Below, one piece after another: positions 59,521 to 64,000 of a DNA stretch of 64,000 nt (position 1 is its first letter; each line of letters begins with the position of its first letter). Below the pieces are notes generated by a model. That model made no database searches and was not told the origin of the DNA. It saw only the letters and a program-made list of their open reading frames with translations. The stretch comes from Coniocarpon cinnabarinum (lineage: Eukaryota), in NCBI GenBank assembly GCA_051942205.1, contig JAVECO010000003.1:124001-188000 (forward strand), read 5' to 3'. Both the position numbers and the translations under genes were made by a program.

Positions 59521-62500
59521 ATGCAGCTCACGTCTCGGCAAGCTACACTTCGAACGATCATTGCAGAAACGCTCTGCAGAGAGCCTGCCGATCTCATCCT
59601 AGATCAAAGCTTTTTGAGCAATGGCGGTGACTCGCACGCTGCACTGCAGCTGGTTCATCTCGCATACAGATCAGGCATCAATACGAATTTGGCATTGATT
59701 CTCAACAGCCCCAGCCTTCAGTCATTTGTCACTGAGGCACAGTCAAGAAACGCCTCGATCCACGCCCCGAAACGAAGAGATGAGTCAGATCAGAATGACC
59801 ATGCAGGAGACTCACTCTTCGAGCAGAGCCCCTTGTTTAGTCAAGGTGAGAGCGATCTTGTAGATTCATATCCGCTTACAGATATGCAAGTTGCCCTCCT
59901 CAGCGACACTTCATCCAGTAAAGAGATGAACGTCCTCTACTATGTGCAGGAGCTTCCAATCAACCATCTGTACGCAGCTCAAAAGGCGTGGGCCCAAGTG
60001 ATATCCGAAGAGCCAATTTTCCATTCAGTATTTGACCTTAGAGCGGGTTGCGCAAAAATATTCAAAACTCAAGATCATGATATTCCGCACGTGCAGTCAA
60101 TAGAGGCGGAGGCGAGCTCGATCGACTCGATAGTCGAAACAACTACGCAATGGCCGAAGTTCCCACTCCCGAGTATGACGACGGTCTTCCCGAAAGTTGG
60201 GGAAAAAAGTTCTGATGCAACCACCAACGCTTTCATAGTAATACATTTTCATCACGCCACAATTGACGCGTTCGGTTTCTCTCTCCTGAAAGCACGCGTG
60301 AAGAGCTTGATTGAAGGGCGGAAATCGCCCCTAAGTCCGCCTTTCTCACAGGTGGCAACACGCATCAGAGAGAAGCAGACTGAACAGTCACAAAAGTCAA
60401 TAAAGTTCTGGAGTGAAAGGTCGGACTTGATTGCCACTGCATCACATGAGCCCATCATCCAAACCCCATCGCTCTCACGAAACCAGAGAGAGAGTAGGTA
60501 TCAGCGGTCGATAGTTCCGATAGGTCAGATCGAGATTGACCATGTTGCCAAACAACACGCAGTCACGCCTACTACAGTTGTTCAAGCTGCATGGGCCCTC
60601 ACATTAGCCAAGGCGACAGGAAACTCAGTAGTAGGCTTTGGACTTGTACTTTCAGGGCGCGACATGGAGGTTCACGGCATCTCAGCTACCATTGGACCGA
60701 CAATCAACGTCCTGCCAATGTACATTCGGGTACGTGACGATCTGGAGGTCGAGGAGTTCCTTCAGAATTGCTTTCAGGAGCAAATAGGACTTCTTGAAAA
60801 TCAGTGTAGCATGCCTCAGCACGGCTTTTCCAGAAAGCTCTTCTCGGCAATCAATTCTTTGACCAGTGACGTGTCGGATAACCTGGGTATTCTGATGTCC
60901 GAAATTCCTGTGCATCTTTGCATGCGACCAGGCAGCCCCTTGCTTATGGAGGTCAACACGCGAATGATCAGTGTTGAGACATGCAATGCACTCAAGCATC
61001 TCTTCTCGTCATCTCTTGAAGCTATAACGCGGCACAAAGGGAAGATCTCGGACGCTATGCTTCTCTGTCAAAGTAAATTCAGTGAAAGCGAGTTACTAAA
61101 AATGGGAAATATCGGAGAGCCGAAGACTATCTCTGACGCGACTCGTCTAGATCTGATCGATTTGTTCACTACTGCTGCAAACTCGAACCCCAGCGCAATA
61201 GCTGTAGAGCAAGGCGATCAATCTCGCTCGTACCATAGATTGGAGGTTGACTCTGATAGAGTTGCAAACGTGATCAGGTCGCTTGCTCAACCGGGCGCAG
61301 TTGTATGCGTCGACGCGGATCGTTCTTTTGAGTGGATCACAGCCATCATTGGCATTTTGAAAGCTGGCTGCGTCTATTGCCCGCTCGATACTCACGCCCC
61401 TTGCTCAGTCCGTCAAGACATCATTGAACAATCTGGCGCAAAGGTTCACTTGAGTGGAGCCTCGAATGAAAGCAAATTGTCTCTAGGAGGAGCTTTCAAG
61501 CAGTTAGCATTGCGTAAAATCCTTTCAAATGACATTTCAGATCCTGGACACTGCCAATCCACAGTGCACTCTGCGAGCAAGCTTCTGAAGCACACCAATG
61601 CATACCTTTGCTTTACCTCAGGCTCTTCAGGGAAGCCGAAAGGTGTCATCAATACGCATCAGAGCTTGGTTGCCTTTCAAGAGGATCTTGAAGTACGACT
61701 GCAAGCAAGACCAGGTCACAGGATTGCGCAACTGATGTCTCCAGTTTTTGACGGTAGCATCCATGAGATCTTCTCGAGTCTGTGCTACGGTGCTACTCTT
61801 GTTCTGAAAACTTCGGAGCAAGACATTGATCTTCTCAAGCGCGTGGACTCGGCGATCATGACTCCTTCCATGGCATCTGCGCTTGAGCTCAGCGAGTACC
61901 CGCTTTTGAAATTCGTCTATTTCGTTGGGGAAAAGGTGCCTCAGCATGTCTCCGATGTCTGGGCTAGCCGCAAGACTGTCTATAATATGTATGGACCGAG
62001 TGAAGCGGCTTGTGGGGCCACCATTAAGCGCCTCATACCTGGTGAGACGGTGACTTTGGGTGTGCCGAACCCTTCGACTCGACTGTACATACTCAATGCA
62101 TCCCATGACCGGCTTTTGGCTGCAGGTTTTGGGGGCGAGATTTGCCTTGCTGGTGTTCAGGTAGCAGCAGGATACATCAACAAGCCCATAGAGACGAGAA
62201 AGTCCTTCAAGAAAGACCCTTTCGTTGCGGGTAGTTCGGAACGCATGTATTGCACAGGCGACTACGGCCTCTGGAACGAAAACGGTGAGATTGTAATATT
62301 GCATCGCAAAGACAGCCAAGTAAAAGTGAATGGCTTCCGCATCGACCTCGAAGATCTTGCAATCAGAGTCGAATCCGCAGTGTCGGGTTGCACCGCAGCG
62401 AGAGTATGTTTGGACAATGGAAGTCTTGCTGCGTTCCTGAAACCGAAGAGTCTTTCGGCCGATGATGTCCGCCGCGTCCTGCGTGAGAGACTACCTCGAT

Positions 62501-64000
62501 ATGCTTGCCCAAGAAAAATCATGTGCGTTGCTGAGTTCCCCATGACAAGGAATGGGAAACTTGACATCAAGGCTCTCCACTCTCCCACGGACGGCCGCGA
62601 AGAAAATCCGGGAAATGTCCAAACAGCTTTCGAACATTCATTAGCTGATTTATGGGTGATAGTGCTTCAGTTGGGATCCAAAACTAGCATCAAGCCTTGG
62701 TCTACACTCATCAGCTTGGGTGGCAGTTCGATCAGTTTCATATTACTAGCCAGAGAGATTGAGAGAGCATTCGATCTTAACGTCTCTCTTCACGCACTGC
62801 TAGCTTCACCTTCATTTCTTGAAATGACGCGAATGCTTGCGCACTTTCGAGAAAGCGACCATAGAAAGAAAATGTTACCGATCGCGCACCCAAGCGCGCT
62901 GTCCCGTATAGAACTTGGTTGGTGGAAACAATCCAGGGCTGGGTTCCTCCCTCCACCATTCAATGTCACATTTGCTTGCAGACTTCCGTCCTGCATCGAC
63001 CTGGTCAAATTACAACAATCCATAGATGAGATATTGGCACGGCATTCTTTACTCAGAGCTCGCTATGTGTCTGATGTCTCAGGAGATGTTCGCAAGCATC
63101 TAGCTGCAGACTCTCCCCAAACTATATTTCGAAGCCACTTTGAGCTTCACAAAGAAATTAATCGGAGCTTCGAGTTGCAAAAAGAGTCGCCAATAAGAGT
63201 TCTTCTCAGCTATGACGAGCTTTTGTTTGTTATCAATCACATTGTTTGTGACTTGACTACGCTGCAGACGCTTCTAACCGAGATTAATCATGCATACCAC
63301 GAGCATCACCTGGAGCCGTCGAGCTCGAAGACGGTCAAGGTGAGCAGACAAGACGTCCTGCCCAGCAACGACCGACTATTGTTCTGGGAGCGCTATCTCA
63401 ATTTGCAACCTGAGCAAATAGCGGGCAACGTGTCGCGAACGATTACGTATAACAAATTTGAGGGCTCGTCGCTGGTGTTTAAGCTTCCTCCGGCAGTCGG
63501 CCAGGACATCTTAAAGCTATCGAAGTCTAAAGATCTGACTGTGCACCAAATCATTCTGGGCGGAGCTGCATTAGCCCTCGGGACGCATACACGCGACATC
63601 GATCTCATTGTGGGAGCACCGCACATGAATCGCTCGAACGCCAGGGAGCTGAAAAGTGTGGGCGTCTTCGTGCAACCGCTGCCCATTCGGATTAGACATT
63701 GCTTCGATACGCACAGTCCGGGGACAGCATTCGAGTATATGAAACATGTCCAAGTCTCCAGCAACACTGCACTCGCTCACAGCGTGGCTTGGCATAAGCT
63801 GACGTCGCATTTCGGCGTCGGCGATGATATGCTCGATCAGCCCTTCTTTGACACCATGGTTTCGTTCCATGATATGCGTAAGGCCCCTCAGTTCCTTGGG
63901 CTGGATACTCAACCCCGCATCATTTGGACAGAAGGCTCCAAGTTCAAACTGATGATCGAAGTCACGGCTTTGAGCGACAGCCAGGTGTTGCTGAGAATGG
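59521..64000 (+). CDS. Nonribosomal peptide synthetase T-C-A-T-C, ETP/diketopiperazine (AtaP/AclP/GliP-like) type; 3' truncated
   Basis: Frame 1 from ATG 59521: T (FLSNGGDS), C (YPLTDMQ..FHHATIDAFG), A (AYLCFTSGSSGKPKG, FDGSIHEIFS, YNMYGPSE, YCTGD, QVKVNGFRI, NGKLD), T (SLGGSS), C (INHIVCDLTTL). Runs off the window end. Confidence 0.93.
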   Translation, partial: MQLTSRQATLRTIIAETLCREPADLILDQSFLSNGGDSHAALQLVHLAYRSGINTNLALILNSPSLQSFVTEAQSRNASIHAPKRRDESDQNDHAGDSLFEQSPLFSQGESDLVDSYPLTDMQVALLSDTSSSKEMNVLYYVQELPINHLYAAQKAWAQVISEEPIFHSVFDLRAGCAKIFKTQDHDIPHVQSIEAEASSIDSIVETTTQWPKFPLPSMTTVFPKVGEKSSDATTNAFIVIHFHHATIDAFGFSLLKARVKSLIEGRKSPLSPPFSQVATRIREKQTEQSQKSIKFWSERSDLIATASHEPIIQTPSLSRNQRESRYQRSIVPIGQIEIDHVAKQHAVTPTTVVQAAWALTLAKATGNSVVGFGLVLSGRDMEVHGISATIGPTINVLPMYIRVRDDLEVEEFLQNCFQEQIGLLENQCSMPQHGFSRKLFSAINSLTSDVSDNLGILMSEIPVHLCMRPGSPLLMEVNTRMISVETCNALKHLFSSSLEAITRHKGKISDAMLLCQSKFSESELLKMGNIGEPKTISDATRLDLIDLFTTAANSNPSAIAVEQGDQSRSYHRLEVDSDRVANVIRSLAQPGAVVCVDADRSFEWITAIIGILKAGCVYCPLDTHAPCSVRQDIIEQSGAKVHLSGASNESKLSLGGAFKQLALRKILSNDISDPGHCQSTVHSASKLLKHTNAYLCFTSGSSGKPKGVINTHQSLVAFQEDLEVRLQARPGHRIAQLMSPVFDGSIHEIFSSLCYGATLVLKTSEQDIDLLKRVDSAIMTPSMASALELSEYPLLKFVYFVGEKVPQHVSDVWASRKTVYNMYGPSEAACGATIKRLIPGETVTLGVPNPSTRLYILNASHDRLLAAGFGGEICLAGVQVAAGYINKPIETRKSFKKDPFVAGSSERMYCTGDYGLWNENGEIVILHRKDSQVKVNGFRIDLEDLAIRVESAVSGCTAARVCLDNGSLAAFLKPKSLSADDVRRVLRERLPRYACPRKIMCVAEFPMTRNGKLDIKALHSPTDGREENPGNVQTAFEHSLADLWVIVLQLGSKTSIKPWSTLISLGGSSISFILLAREIERAFDLNVSLHALLASPSFLEMTRMLAHFRESDHRKKMLPIAHPSALSRIELGWWKQSRAGFLPPPFNVTFACRLPSCIDLVKLQQSIDEILARHSLLRARYVSDVSGDVRKHLAADSPQTIFRSHFELHKEINRSFELQKESPIRVLLSYDELLFVINHIVCDLTTLQTLLTEINHAYHEHHLEPSSSKTVKVSRQDVLPSNDRLLFWERYLNLQPEQIAGNVSRTITYNKFEGSSLVFKLPPAVGQDILKLSKSKDLTVHQIILGGAALALGTHTRDIDLIVGAPHMNRSNARELKSVGVFVQPLPIRIRHCFDTHSPGTAFEYMKHVQVSSNTALAHSVAWHKLTSHFGVGDDMLDQPFFDTMVSFHDMRKAPQFLGLDTQPRIIWTEGSKFKLMIEVTALSDSQVLLRM

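Noticed and set aside
60252..63912. Multiple minus-strand ORFs over the NRPS
   Set aside because: Antisense shadows of the long plus-strand NRPS frame.
1..64000. Transposons, RIP-degraded AT-rich blocks, tRNA/rRNA genes, CRISPR arrays
   Set aside because: No transposase, RT or integrase motifs, terminal repeats, AT-rich tracts, cloverleafs or repeat-spacer arrays were seen by eye; tRNAscan/Infernal would be needed to exclude small RNAs.

Overview
Intron-containing genomic DNA from a filamentous ascomycete, probably a Dothideomycete (inferred from gene content, not verified). About 25 protein-coding genes are supportable; no tRNA, rRNA, CRISPR array or intact transposon was recognised. Conserved housekeeping blocks (Mus7/MMS22, VPS39, PHO91-like, DUF4050; OYE, 3HNR, BNA3, MGS1; DUF726, GatF-like, RXT3, BTN1, SDH8, TRP5, GYP5) are interrupted by two accessory islands. 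Island 1 (~11.9-20.3 kb) has a HeLo-like/ankyrin gene, an APH-family kinase bracketed by two inverted DUF6540-like paralogs, a 119-bp-period duplication and an orphan gene. Island 2 (~30.5-39.1 kb) has a HET-domain gene embedded in a co-oriented array of four small BTB/POZ paralogs with shared intron positions; this is the best candidate for an undescribed immunity/allorecognition or toxin-antidote system. The window ends inside a T-C-A-T-C NRPS (absent from the ORF track because it has no stop) whose promoter carries a perfect GliZ/SirZ-type TCGGN3CCGA site, suggesting the edge of an ETP/diketopiperazine cluster. Family assignments are from motif recognition by eye, and exon boundaries are manual GT-AG predictions.
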